64,000 bases of DNA from an uncultured bacterium (GTDB lineage: Bacteria > Verrucomicrobiota > Verrucomicrobiia > Limisphaerales > UBA8199). Below the pieces are notes generated by a model. It was not told the DNA's origin. It ran no database searches and saw only the letters and a list, made by a program, of their open reading frames with translations. The stretch spans positions 576,001 to 640,000 of the forward strand of contig CAVVMW010000010.1 of assembly GCA_963749495.1 (NCBI GenBank), given 5' to 3'. This document shows positions 22,922 to 34,223 of the stretch, in pieces. The number at the start of each line of letters is the position of its first letter. The first letter of the stretch is position 1. The position numbers and the translations under genes were made by a program.

Positions 22922-23206
22922 GGCGTCGGAGCCAACGGGCTGAACCTGGACGAATGCAGCATCGACGACGCACGCCTCCAGTTGCGCCTCTCGAGTCCCT
23001 TCCAGTGGAAACGCCCGCCAGTCATTGTCTTTCGCCACACCGACCCCTCGCGCCGCTACCGCGTCATTGTGAAGGGGGTGGAGGCGGGCCCCGGGCGCGG
23101 CGAAGACCTGGAGAAAGGAGTTCCTTTGTCGATCAGTTCCAATGGTGCCAGGCGGCGTCGAGGTTACTGGCCCCCCAGGAGGCGGGTGATGTGGGCTTGA
23201 ATCCAG

Positions 23207-25441
23207 GTGGACATGCTCAGGTGGATTGCTAAGATGCCGAATATGATTCGGCGTTGGCCAATTGTTACAGCAGTTCTGATACAAGCCTTTTTGGTCAGCC
23301 TCTGCCTGCTGCCGAGTTGGTCTGCGGGCGCCCAAGACGCTGCCCCGGCGGACCGGAATGCCATCAATACTCGAGCGCATCCCGGCGACATGATGGCGGA
23401 TTCACCCGTGACGTTCCCCAAAGAAGGAGCCCTGCCGGCGAAGTATCCACCGGATGTCCGCGCCCAGGACGAACCGGCCGAGAAGGATTATTACATCTTC
23501 AGTTCACCCTGCCGTTCTCTGGCCCAGATTGCCGAGATTCAAGCCGCCATGCCCAAAGGCCAATTCACGCCACCGGCACCCGACTGGCGCCCGCTTCGAT
23601 GCACTCGTCGGCTTCTCACCGAAGGGGGCGAATTGCGCTTGCTGGCGCTTGGCGACAGCATTGTCAACGACACGATGCGCTCCGGTTGGGTCGCCAAACT
23701 GGCGGAGGCCTACCCCAAGGCCAGAATTCAAGCCACGGTGTATGTGCGCGGCGGAGGCGGCTGCCAGCATTACAAGGAACTGAACCGCATTGCCACCAAT
23801 GTTATTCCGCGCAGGCCGGATTTGGTTTTCATCGGGGGCATCAGCCAAAGGGACATCGAGAGTATCCGGGAGGTCATCCACCAATTGCGCGCCGGGCTGC
23901 CGGAGGTCGAGATTCTGCTGGCGACCGGGGCCTTTGGCACCGTCGATCCGCGCGATCCGGAGGCACTGGCCAAGGCCCCACACTCGGGCACGGGCGCCTA
24001 CGGGCAGGCCCTCAAGAACCTCGCCGCGGAGGAAGGATGCGCGTACTCGGATCTGACCACCCCGTGGGCCGAGTATATCCGCTCAGCCCAAGTGCATCCG
24101 CACCTGTTTTATCGCGATGTCGTTCATGCCAATGAATATGGAGAACAGATACTGTCGAAGATCCTGATGGCCTTCTGGACGGCGGCAGAACCCGCCCCCT
24201 CGAATGTGCGCGGGGGTGAATACCCGAAGATTCATCCCGACCGGCGGGTCACCTTCCGGGTGAAGGCGCCCAATGCCAAGAGCGTTGCGGTGGCTGGTCG
24301 GGCGGAGGATAGCGGCATGAACGGCAACAAGCCGTATGAGATGACCCGAGGCGACAATGGCTTCTGGACTGTTACCACGGACCCTGTGCGCCCGGGCTTC
24401 CACTATTACGAGTTGATTATCGACGGCTGGCACTGCAACGACCCTGCCAGCGAGACTTATTTCGGCTGGGGCCAACCGACCAGCGGCCTCGAAGTGCCGG
24501 ATCTCTCGCTGGACTTCTATGAAGTCAAGAACGTGCCGCACGGCGAAGTGCGCACCTGCTGGTATCCATCGAAAGTCACGGGCACGCTCCGGCGGATCTT
24601 TGTCTATACTCCTGCCGGCTACGACCGTGAGCCCCAGCATCGCTATCCCGTGCTCTACCTGCAGCATGGCGCCGGGGAGAGCGAGCGGGCCTGGACCGCC
24701 CAGGGCCGGGCCAATTTCATCCTGGACAACTTAATCGCCGTTGGAAAAGCCAAGCCGATGCTCGTCGTGATGGAGAACGGTTACGCGACCAGAGCCGGCG
24801 GCAGACCCGTTCCGGGACCTCGAGGCAATGACGCGTTTGCGGAATTGATGGTGCAGGATCTGGTGCCTTTCATTGATTCGAATTTCCGCACTATTGCGGA
24901 TCGGGATCACCGCTCCATTGCCGGTCTTTCCATGGGTGCAGGCCAGGCCCTGCAGATCGGCCTTGGCAACCTCGACCTGTTCGCCTACATCGCTGCTTTC
25001 AGCGGCGGAGCGCGCAACTTTGATCCCAAGATCTCCTTCGGTGGCGCCTTCTCTGATGCGAACACGGCCAACCAACGCATTCGCTTGCTCTGGCTCGGCT
25101 GCGGCACCGAAGATCGCCTCTATGGCCCTGGCAAGAGCCTCCATGAGGCCCTGACTACCGCCGGGATCCAGCATGTCTGGATTGAAGGCCCCGGTTCGCA
25201 CGAGTGGCAGGTCTGGCGAAAGCACCTCCACGATTTGGCCCCGCGTCTGTTCCAAGAAATATACGGTCCCTACGGCGAGCGTTGCGAGGCCATTCCGCAT
25301 TGCGGACACAACACGTTTTTCCAGGACAAAAGCGGCCAATGGCGGTCCACTTACTTCGGCAGTGATCACACCGCGCCCTGGCGGGAGCGCCCGGGCGTGC
25401 TGCCCATAAGGTTTGACTCGAAAGGACGGGTGGGTTTTTGA
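23207..25441 (+). CDS. SGNH/GDSL hydrolase + CBM48-like/CE1-type esterase fusion with a GH43-like C-terminal remnant
   Basis: GDSI and DVVHAN; YPVLYLQHG, GLSMGA, GSHEW; tail YGPYGER..IPHCGHNTFFQDK.GQW. Confidence 0.75.
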   Translation: MDMLRWIAKMPNMIRRWPIVTAVLIQAFLVSLCLLPSWSAGAQDAAPADRNAINTRAHPGDMMADSPVTFPKEGALPAKYPPDVRAQDEPAEKDYYIFSSPCRSLAQIAEIQAAMPKGQFTPPAPDWRPLRCTRRLLTEGGELRLLALGDSIVNDTMRSGWVAKLAEAYPKARIQATVYVRGGGGCQHYKELNRIATNVIPRRPDLVFIGGISQRDIESIREVIHQLRAGLPEVEILLATGAFGTVDPRDPEALAKAPHSGTGAYGQALKNLAAEEGCAYSDLTTPWAEYIRSAQVHPHLFYRDVVHANEYGEQILSKILMAFWTAAEPAPSNVRGGEYPKIHPDRRVTFRVKAPNAKSVAVAGRAEDSGMNGNKPYEMTRGDNGFWTVTTDPVRPGFHYYELIIDGWHCNDPASETYFGWGQPTSGLEVPDLSLDFYEVKNVPHGEVRTCWYPSKVTGTLRRIFVYTPAGYDREPQHRYPVLYLQHGAGESERAWTAQGRANFILDNLIAVGKAKPMLVVMENGYATRAGGRPVPGPRGNDAFAELMVQDLVPFIDSNFRTIADRDHRSIAGLSMGAGQALQIGLGNLDLFAYIAAFSGGARNFDPKISFGGAFSDANTANQRIRLLWLGCGTEDRLYGPGKSLHEALTTAGIQHVWIEGPGSHEWQVWRKHLHDLAPRLFQEIYGPYGERCEAIPHCGHNTFFQDKSGQWRSTYFGSDHTAPWRERPGVLPIRFDSKGRVGF

Positions 25442-26165
25442 GCATCAATTCAGGAATCGAAACGCTCTTGGTATTGGCAGGGTTGCTGTCGGCCATGCTA
25501 ACGGTGTCGGCAGCGGAGCCGCCGAAAGCCGGCGGGCAGACTGCTGAAGGCCCTTTCAAACCGGACTGGCCGTCGCTCCACGCACACCAGGACCCGGAGT
25601 GGTTCCGCGACGCGAAGTTTGGCATCTCGATTCGACCTTCGCGCTGCCGCCGCTCCTGCTCCAGGCCTACACCTACGACAACTATTACCCGGTGCGCGGC
25701 GACAACCCCGGCACCTTTCTCTGGCGCAGCGGCATGATGGGGGCCTGGCAGATCGACCCGACCGACACGGCCAAGTGGACGGAGGCCGAAAAAGAATCGG
25801 CCCGGCAATCGGTCTGCATCTACAAGGAATGGATTCGTGCGCTGTTCAAGGATGTGAAGGTCCATCACATCCTGCCCCGCCCGGACGGCAAGCACTGGGA
25901 CGGCATGTTTTATTGGAGCCCTCCTCTGGCGAAAGGCACGCTTTACATCTTCCGCCCTGATTCACCAGAGGACCGGCAGATCGTCCGATTGAAGGGCCTC
26001 AACCCGAACCGCAAGTATTGGGTTTGGTGCGAAGACGGCTCCATTTCTCCAGGACTTCGCAGAGGGGCCGAGCTGATGCAAACCGGCCTGGCCATCCGTT
26101 TGCCCGAACCCTACACGAGCGATTTGATCCTCCTGCAGGACTCAGCCCTGGGCAAGCCGAAATGA
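25438..26165 (+). pseudogene. Chimera of an alpha-L-fucosidase (GH29) N-terminus and a GH36-like C-terminal fragment
   Basis: FKPDWPSL..HQDPEWFRDAKFGI, then a frame switch to WDG..Y...LKGLNP...G.ELMQTGL. Confidence 0.65.
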
Positions 26166-26213
26166 GGTCGTTGTTGCTCGCCAGGCTTCAACCTCATTAA
26201 GCTCCAGTTCGCT

Positions 26214-27360
26214 GTGAAGAAACCAATTCCTGCCCATAAGCCGCTCGCTGTCTTCGCTCTGCTGCTCCTTGCCCTTGCCACCACGCAGGCCGTTGAGACG
26301 GAGATGCTGACCAACGGGGAGATGGAGGCTCCCTTCGTTAACGGCCTTGCGCAAGGCTGGGTACCCAATTGCTACGGATCGAATAAGGTGGTTTTTGCCC
26401 GGGAGTCGGCTGATGTTCACGGGGGAGAATCGGCCCAGCGTGTGACCTGCGCGCGTTTCGATGACGGCGGCGTGCAGTTTCACTCCGGCGATATTGCGAT
26501 CCAGAAGGGCAAGCCCTACACCTTGCGCCTGTGGTTGAAGGGCGACGTGACGGCCCCGGTTTACGTCGGCATCGGCAAACACGGCGCGCCCTACACGCCC
26601 TATCTCAAGCGCGGCATCCTACTGCCGAATTTGCACGAAGGCTACGTGGCGCGCATCGTACCCTCCTCCGGAATCTGGCTCGATGACGTGCAGGTGGAGG
26701 AGGGCGGCCAAACCGATTACCAGCCCGCCCAACCACTCGAGGTGGGAGCCGAGACGCCCACGCGCTGGTGCCGCGTCGGGGACGCCGTGGAAGTCACTGC
26801 CTGGGCAGCAGCCGGAACCCAACCCGACGCAGTCGCTTTGAAGTACACCCTCGAGGACCTGTGGCCGCGGCGGTTGACGAACCTGGTGCACCAGGTCAAA
26901 CCCGGCTAGGCGGACCTCGCCCATTTCCTGCTCAGGCAACCCGGCATGTACCGGGTGCGGGTTCGGGCCAACGAGTCCCCCTCGACCCGCGAAGTATGGT
27001 TCGGGGTCTTTGCGGAACGGGATCGCCCGCTGCGGCCCGATTCGCCCTTTGGCACGCACGTGACCTCGATGGTGTCTGAGCCGGGCAATACGCTGCTGTG
27101 GCCTCGGCGGCAATGGGAGCGCGCTGGGTGCGGCTGCACGACTTCGGAGACTTTTGCCACTGGTGGCGGGTGGAACCGGAGAAGGGCCGCTTCGTCTGGC
27201 ACGACAGGGAGATTGACGCGCTCCGCGAGCGCGGGTTCCTGGTCTTCGCCAACCTTGGCCATCCGCCACGATGGGCAGGTTGCGATTGCGAAAGAAGCCA
27301 GGGTAGCCGCTCCTGGACTCCCGCGCTCCCGCGCGACAGGGGCGTGTCGGGAAACTACGT
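26214..27360 (+). pseudogene. Fragmented CBM + clan-A glycoside hydrolase gene
   Basis: LTNGEME CBM start, WLDDVQVE, SPFGTH, GARWVRLHD..W..VEPEKGRF; internal stop and frameshifts. Confidence 0.6.
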
Positions 27361-27454
27361 CTTTAGCATTGTATATAAGAATATTTCTGAGGAAAACTGG
27401 CAATTTCGTGAAGATACCGTTGCGGAAAGCCGGCTTTCAGCTATTCTCGACGAT

Positions 27455-27637
27455 ATGGCGAAAAAGCCAGTTCAACGCCGCGCGCACTCGCACATCCGAT
27501 ACTCTAGCGCTGAACAGGAATGCTCCCCGTTGCGCTGCCAAATTCTGGCCGCCCGCGCCCTCCACAAAGACAAGCCCGCCGAGCTGGAAGCCCTCCAGGC
27601 TGCCATCCTCGACCAGGCATTCAGAGGAGACATGTAA
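27455..27637 (+). pseudogene. hsdS: Type I restriction specificity subunit C-terminal remnant
   Basis: AELEALQAAILDQAFRGDM resembles the HsdS terminal motif; 5' boundary approximate. Confidence 0.55.
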
Positions 27638-28183
27638 ATGCCAACAGCCGCACAATACGAAAAGCAAATCCGCTCCCTGCGCCGGCCATGCCTCTTAGCT
27701 CTCTGGCGCCAGATCAAAGCCGGAACCACACCAGGTTGGGATCCGGGCAAGGCGCTCGAGTATCTGGTAGTCCGCGCTTTCGAGCTTGAAAAGGCCACCG
27801 TCGTCTACCCCTACGAAGTCAGAGACGGTCGTCTCACCATAGAGCAAATCGACGGCGTGGTTTACGTTGACCACCTTACATGCCTCCTCGAGTCTAAAGA
27901 CCATGGAAAACCCCTCGACCATGACCCGCTCGCCGATCTGCGCGATCAACTCCAACGCAGGCCACCGTCAGTCATCGGCTGTTGCGCCTCTGCCAGTGGC
28001 TTCACACTCAACGCACGAAAGCGCGCGGTCCTAGCCGCGCCCCAAAGGATCCTCCTCTGGGAGGCCACTGAGATCGAGTACGCCCTCACCAAGGGAAGGA
28101 TGTGCCGAGGACTTCACGCAAAATGCCGCCACTGCGTCGAGCGTGCCATGCCCGACTTCAACATCAAAGCTGCCAAGATATGA
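27638..28183 (+). CDS. PD-(D/E)xK restriction endonuclease (Mrr-catalytic-like)
   Basis: GKALEYLV, QIDGVV, LLESK, SASGFT motifs. Confidence 0.8.
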   Translation: MPTAAQYEKQIRSLRRPCLLALWRQIKAGTTPGWDPGKALEYLVVRAFELEKATVVYPYEVRDGRLTIEQIDGVVYVDHLTCLLESKDHGKPLDHDPLADLRDQLQRRPPSVIGCCASASGFTLNARKRAVLAAPQRILLWEATEIEYALTKGRMCRGLHAKCRHCVERAMPDFNIKAAKI

Positions 28184-28560
28184 ACTCCATCTACTTAGTT
28201 GTGAAAAGCTCCGGCGAGGCCGACATGCTCCGCCGGCTACTACCCCCAGGCACACGGAAAGAAATTGAATTCGTCGTCGAAGACGATCCCAGCTCAGCCA
28301 TCTCGACAGCGCGGACCCTCCTAGCCCTTGGCGGTAGGCCCGTCGCACTTGTCGTCGATGCTGGCACCACCGACGAAACTCAAATCGCCACACAACGCCA
28401 AACACTGGCCGCACTTCTCGAAAACGCCTCACCAAATCTCCCCTGCGGCGTCTTTATCGCCGCACCCTCACTCCCAGACATCTTCGCAGCCCGCCGCCCA
28501 GTCAACAACATCCCCCTCGTGCAGGAAATCATGGCCTTCGTAAAACGCGTCACGAACTAG
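28180..28560 (+). CDS. Hypothetical protein translationally coupled to the endonuclease (TOPRIM-like)
   Basis: ATGA overlap; IYLVV...D and ALVVDA motifs. Confidence 0.65.
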   Translation: MNSIYLVVKSSGEADMLRRLLPPGTRKEIEFVVEDDPSSAISTARTLLALGGRPVALVVDAGTTDETQIATQRQTLAALLENASPNLPCGVFIAAPSLPDIFAARRPVNNIPLVQEIMAFVKRVTN

Positions 28561-29012
28561 CTCGCCGGCCAAAGCACCCTGTCAACATCCGGAAGGGCAC
28601 CCCAAAGAACCTCCACCAAGGCGTCACACCCCGGTGCGCGATGATCAACCCCGGCGCCGTCCCGTTCTACCCGTGTAAAACCAGCAACTCGGAGCAACGG
28701 CTCCCCCGCGCTCCCCTTTTCCAATTTCGCTGCCGATCCCCAGTCCCACTTGCCACAGTGCGGCTGCTCTATGCCAACTAAACTCCTTGGTGTGGTTACT
28801 TGTGCCAGCGGTGCGAAGATGGTCTTGTTGACTAAACAGGACACCGGCGCGTTTACCCCCGACGACCAATCAACCATGAACCTCCAAGATGGAGCAAGGC
28901 CCTCGGCCTACGACACCATCCACGGCCAGTTTATGAATTATGCCAAACAGTGTGCAGTCGAGTGCGTCTGCATCAAAGGTAGCGCCGTCAGCCTCAACCA
29001 AGGCTTTGCTCG

Positions 29013-29444
29013 TCAGCCCGCCGCGACTTCCCAACCCGCGCGGCACTCCCGTTTCACCCAGCGGTTCAACTCCGGCAGCTTCGGGCACCGCAACTCGGCG
29101 CTGTCCCATTCCACTTTCGCGTCGACACCCGCCTTGATGGCCAGGTGCCCGAGGAAGAGGAACTCGGTTATGGCCGAGGCGTATGTGAAATCAGCACAAG
29201 TCGGTTTCCCCTCTTTGCAGCTCTGGATGAAGTGATCGAAATGTGAGCCTTTGATCCGGGGGATGCGTGGTTCGGGCACGGGAAACGCCCGGTGCGCCGC
29301 CTCCGGCCACAGCCGTGGTCTTTGGCCGTAACACCCGGTGTGCATCACGCCCTTGGTCCCGATGTAGAGCGTGCCGCCGTCCCAGCCCTCGTGGAAGTCC
29401 CATTCGTACTTCTTCTCGAACTCAGCCAACATCGCCGGGTGCAT
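29013..29444 (-). pseudogene. Gfo/Idh/MocA oxidoreductase C-terminal fragment
   Basis: GTLYIGTKG, CKEGKPTCADF.YA..ITE..FLGHLA, RECRAGW. Confidence 0.75.
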
Positions 29445-29459
29445 CGCGTTGTCATACTC

Positions 29460-29900
29460 TCAGGGGTTGGTATTTTCACATCTCACAGGTTTCGAATCCT
29501 CGCGGTGACCGCCTTGTGCCAGGCGACGTCGTTCCACAGGCGCGGGAATTGCGGGTGGGTGAAGTTCGAGGCGCAGTTGAACCGATACCCGTGCTTCTGG
29601 CCCAAGCCCGCGCAGATCATTCCCGCCTCCTTGATCGAGCTCCCAAATGTTGTGGAGCAGGTCGTTTTCCTTGAGGAATTCGAGCGTCTGATCCCAGACA
29701 CGCACAAACCCGTCGGCGCCGACCACCCGGTCCACGCCCGGGCCGAAGAACCAGGTCGAGAGCCCCAACAATAAGCCGCGCTCCAGGCAGCGCGGAATAA
29801 ACTCCTTCAACGCCCGCCGTGGCTGGATGGTGGTCGAGTATTGCCCGCCCAAGCACAAAGGCATGCCGCACAATCCTGGCCTTGAGAATCGCCCTCTCCG
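29460..29900 (-). pseudogene. Cellulase-like/TIM-barrel fragment
   Basis: PRRALKEFI..C.ERG...GLSTWF, FVRVWDQTL; no intact ends. Confidence 0.4.
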
Positions 29901-30498
29901 CGGCCTTGGCCGAGGGTCAGGCACTTCCCAAGCCGTCCATCATCCCCAACCTGCCCGGGGCGATCTACGCGGTCGGAGACCCATCAGTTGGTTCCGCGAG
30001 GAAATGGATTTTCGCCAATGCGCCGAGAGGAACCAGGTCTCGCCCCTGTTCACGCTCGCGGAGAGGCATAATCTCACCTGGCTGCCGCTCATCAACTACG
30101 TGGATGCCAATCGGGGCGTGGAGGTGGACGGCACTTGGCACTGGGATGACGACCTCGCCCAATTGAAGCGCGCTTTCGAGCTCCACAAGGGCCGGTTGCG
30201 CGTGGATCGCTCCCTGCAAGCTCGCCGGCAGTCCGCGTGCCTGTGCCTTCGCTTTCGGCTCCGCCCATTCGGGCACATGCGTTGTGGCAGCCTGGGTGCC
30301 AGAAGGGGCCGGCGATATTCATTTGCTGTCCTCGGCCCAGGTCATAGACATTTTCGGCACCGTGTTGCCGCTCCAGAACGGGGTGGTTACGCTGACGGAA
30401 TCGCCCATCTATATTCATGGTCTTACCCTTGAAGGTCTGGACCTGGGCGAGCGCGTCAACCTCGGCGCCATGGGGAGCACACTCCAGCAATCAACAAG

Positions 30499-30700
30499 GT
30501 GAGCATGCAAATGACTATTCATTACCCCCAAGCGATGCTCCGATCGAGCCTTGGCCTGCTGCTGACGCTCGTCGCCACCGTCTCAACGTGCGGGGCTGAT
30601 TTCCCCCCGCCACAAGCCGGGGACTATGTGATTCGGGATTTCCGGTTGCACTCCGGCGAGACCCTGCCGGAGTTGCGGATGCACTATCTCACCTGCGAAA
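30499..30700 (+). pseudogene. Homoserine acetyltransferase-like alpha/beta hydrolase N-terminal fragment
   Basis: GDYVIRDFRLHSGETLPELRMHYLT, then similarity is lost. Confidence 0.65.
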
Positions 30701-30829
30701 CAAATGGATTGACGGTTTTTGGCCTTCCGTTCAATGCTTGGTCATGCGCCCGATCTCACATCTGTTCCGCGGCCTCCGCCCAGCGTCAACAGTCAATTGC
30801 CCGCCGGCGTCAAGGAGGGCGGAGGAAAA

Positions 30830-32002
30830 CCGGCGCCCCTGGATCACCGCCCTGGTCTTCTGCGTGGTCCTTGCAATGCCCGCGCTGCGCGCAGCCGCGG
30901 CGCTCCCGGGGGCGGACAAAAAGCTCATCGAATACGGGTGGGACGTGCCGACCCCCGCCCAGATGCGCGATGAGCTTCCAGCGATGGAGAAGCGCCCCTT
31001 CGACGGGCTTATCTTCAAGCTCAGCGGGGGCCACAACGCGTTCGTGACGAAACCGCTTGAGCCGGCCACATTCGCCGAGGACGAGCGCATCCTTCGCGAC
31101 CTGCGGTTCACCCGCTTCACCGATAATTTCGTGATCATCTGGGCTCGCTGCCGGCGGGGTTCGACTGGTTCGACGATGCCCAGTGGGAAGTGATCGAAGC
31201 CAATGCTCAGTTACTCGTGGGTGTCGCCCAGGCTGGACGGGTTCGGGGGATTTGTTTCGACCCCGAGCCGTACGATTTCAGCCTGTGGGACTACGCCAAA
31301 CAGCCGAAGGCCAAGGACCACCCGTTCGCCGATTACCGAGCCAAGGTCCGGCAACGCGGCGCCCAGCTCATGCGGGCGTTTGAAAAACGGATGCCCGGCG
31401 CCCTGATCCTGACTTTCTTCCATGTCAGCCTTTACGATCGGTTGGCGGACCTGCCCGAGGCGGAGCGAGCGCAGCGGTTGGCGCGGGAAAGCTGGGGTCT
31501 GATGCCTGACTTCTTCGTGGGCATGCTGGAGGGCGCAACCCCGAAGGCGCAGTTCATTGACGGCAACGAGAACGCTTACTATTACACCTCGCGCGAGCAG
31601 TATTTCCGTGCCTACCGTGCCATCCGCCGCCGGGCGCTCGGCCTGGTGCCGCCCGAACTTCGGGACAAGTACGAGCGGCAGGTCCGGGCGGGACAAGCAC
31701 TCTACGTGGACCAGAATTTCGCGCTGCGGCAACCAAAAACGGAGCAGTATCTGAGCTACCGGATGACGGCCGAAGAGCGGGCCAAGTGGTTTGAGCACAA
31801 CACCTACTGGGCGCTCTACACAACGGACGAATACGTCTGGTGCTACAGCGAACGCATGAACTGGTGGAAAGACCAAACACCGCCGGGTCTCGAGGCGGCA
31901 ATCGTCCACGCCCGGCAGAAGATCGCCGAGGGCAAGCCGCTCGGCTTCGACATCGAACCCCTCATCGAAACAGTCGGCAAGCGGCCATTGTCAAAACCAT
32001 GA
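30830..32002 (+). CDS. Secreted hypothetical TIM-barrel-like protein; frameshift near 31142; start approximate
   Basis: KKLIEYGWDVP, MEKRPFDG, FDPEPY, IDGNENAY, YVWCYSE. Confidence 0.65.
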
Positions 32003-32020
32003 CCCTCAGCCATTTCCTGA

Positions 32021-32736
32021 ATGAATATGCATGGAAGACCCTTTTCGTGGCGCGTCCTGATCGGTCTTGGACTGACAACCGGAGTGGCGTTTGCCGGGGA
32101 GCAGACGATCTCTCCCTACGCCGATTGGATACTCGATCCCGTTATGCCGCGGAACGCAACGATTCGATGGCTGGCCGTCCCGGTATTGGCGGCTCCGCTC
32201 AGAGCGGCGACACCGGGCCACGCCGCCGCACCGGCGACGATCTGGGCGGCGCCGCTGGGGGAGCGGCTCTGCGAGGATTACACGCTCCGCGTCAACGGTC
32301 AGCCGGTGCCGGTTTACGCCTGCCGGGTCTCGGCCGTGCCGTTCAACCAGGTGTGGCCCGGGTACCAGCGCCCCATCAACCAAACCGAGCTTGCTGGGTT
32401 CGCCCATTGGGGCATGTCCGGCCCGGTGTCGGTGGAGATCATCTCGAAGCAGTCATCAACCTCTGCAACTGCCAGGACGTCGTCATCCGCAAGAATGCTT
32501 ACTCGAAGGACGCCGAGCGCGGGAACGTCCGCGACATCACCTATGCGGACGTGTCCCTCACCGGCAAACGTGCTCCCCGATCCTTCTTCAACGGCCTCGA
32601 TGCCCAGCACGCGGTTCAGGGCGTCACGATCAACAACCTGCGGATGAACGGGAAGATCACCACGACTGCGACCGAGGCGAACTTCACGGTTGGCCCGCAC
32701 GTGAGCGGCGTGCGCTTCGGCAAGTCAGCGAAATAA
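32021..32736 (+). pseudogene. Internally deleted GH28/pectin-lyase-fold gene
   Basis: N-terminal DYTLRVNGQPVPVY joined out of frame to C-terminal GNVRDITY..V, VTINNLRMNG. Confidence 0.55.
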
Positions 32737-32867
32737 CGGCGGCGGCCGGAGCAACCAGCCAGAAGGTGGCGTCGCGGGCCGCGTTGGCATATCCTCGAGC
32801 CGTGGCACAGTTTCAGACCGAACACACTCTCAAGGCGATGCCGCCGATCGCGAGCAAAGCCCGCAGG

Positions 32868-33880
32868 ATGAATCACCTGTTCACCTTCGGACTTTTACTG
32901 GCGGCATCTTTAATTACCGACGGGGCCGATTGGATCCGCCCGGGACTGAGCACGAACCAGCCGGTTTGGGGGTTCGGGGTGGTATGCTGTGGGCGGTGGC
33001 GCCGGGAGGGTTTCGGACCGGCGAACCGCGGGGCCTGATACGACTCGGTTACCCGGTCCTCGCAGAGAAGCGCTACGATCTCATCAACTTCGTCGCCATC
33101 GAACCCATTGTGCGCGGCCGCCGGGGCTTCAGTGAATTGGAGCACAGCCAACTCGACGGTTTGGATGGCAAACGCATCTGGGCGGAAAACGCAGGCCGCG
33201 GCGCCACGACGAATGCTGCCCAGGGAGGCCTGCGGAAGCGGACCGACGGCCAGGAGGAGCTCGAAGTGCGGCTCCAGGTCGAAAGGTTCGAGAACGGGGC
33301 GCATGTCCGGTTGGTCATCCTCCAGCGCAGCGACCGCCCCGACGAGATCGAGTTGAGCGTGTTCCAGGAACCGGACAGCGCGCCCCTGGATTACTGCATC
33401 CTCACCGCCACCATGGGCAACATGACCCGCACGCGTTTGCTGTGGCTCAAAGACCAGGTGGTGAGCAGCCTTCGGGTTTATCAGGACTACAAGGAAACAG
33501 GTTTTGCGCCGCACCGGCAGTACCCTCTCTCGCGCCTTCACCGAACCGCTGACGGCGGAGTCCTGGTCGCGGTGAGCAATGACGAGGAAGACCCGGCGGC
33601 GGTTTTTCCTTTCCCCAATTCGGAGCTCTGGCATTACGCCGGCTCCAAGGTTACGCAGTTCTGGGCCAGGCCAGCGCGTGCGTTCCGCGATGATTTGCAG
33701 GTGGTCGTAAATGGGCGCTACACCTACTGGCGTACGGCTCGACCCCTTCCCGGGGGCATTGCCTTCGAGAACTTCGAGTTGCGGGAAAGGTTCTGCGATG
33801 GGCAAAAGTCCGTCTTCGGCATTACCCGCCGCACACCACAGGAACTCGGCCTCTTCCGGGAAGTTCCTGCCCGCAAATAG
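32868..33880 (+). CDS. Secreted hypothetical protein; frameshift near 32975
   Basis: PRGLIRLGYP, INFVAIEP, RGFSELE, LTATMGN, FENFELRE; stop lies inside the MITE. Confidence 0.65.
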
Positions 33881-34175
33881 GTGGGCCGCTTTCATCGCGT
33901 GACGGCATCTTCCACATCCCGGCCGCCTCCTCGGAGTCACCAGCGTAGCGCCTGCGTCGCGTAGCGACGCCTGAGGGCGTGGCGCTGGCCAAATCGAATC
34001 CTGTTCTCAAGCGTCGCTACGCGACGCACGTGAGCTTAGGGCATGGTTCCGTGGACTGGAAGTCCACGGCTACCTTCAGGCACCGCTACGCGGTGACGCA
34101 GGGTCGCGGCACGCCCAGGATTGGTCCTCAGACGCCTTGGCCTTCATCACTCCAGACAGGAACTTCTCGGATGAA
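33851..34175. mobile_element. MITE copy 2 (inverted, shorter)
   Basis: ctcttccgggaagttcctg / caggaacttctcggatga; reverse complement of 11081..11481 lacking one internal REP unit. Confidence 0.85.
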
Positions 34176-34223
34176 CCGATTTTCTGTCACCTCTTGGGGC
34201 TTTTCGGGTTCTTATAGGGTGAT

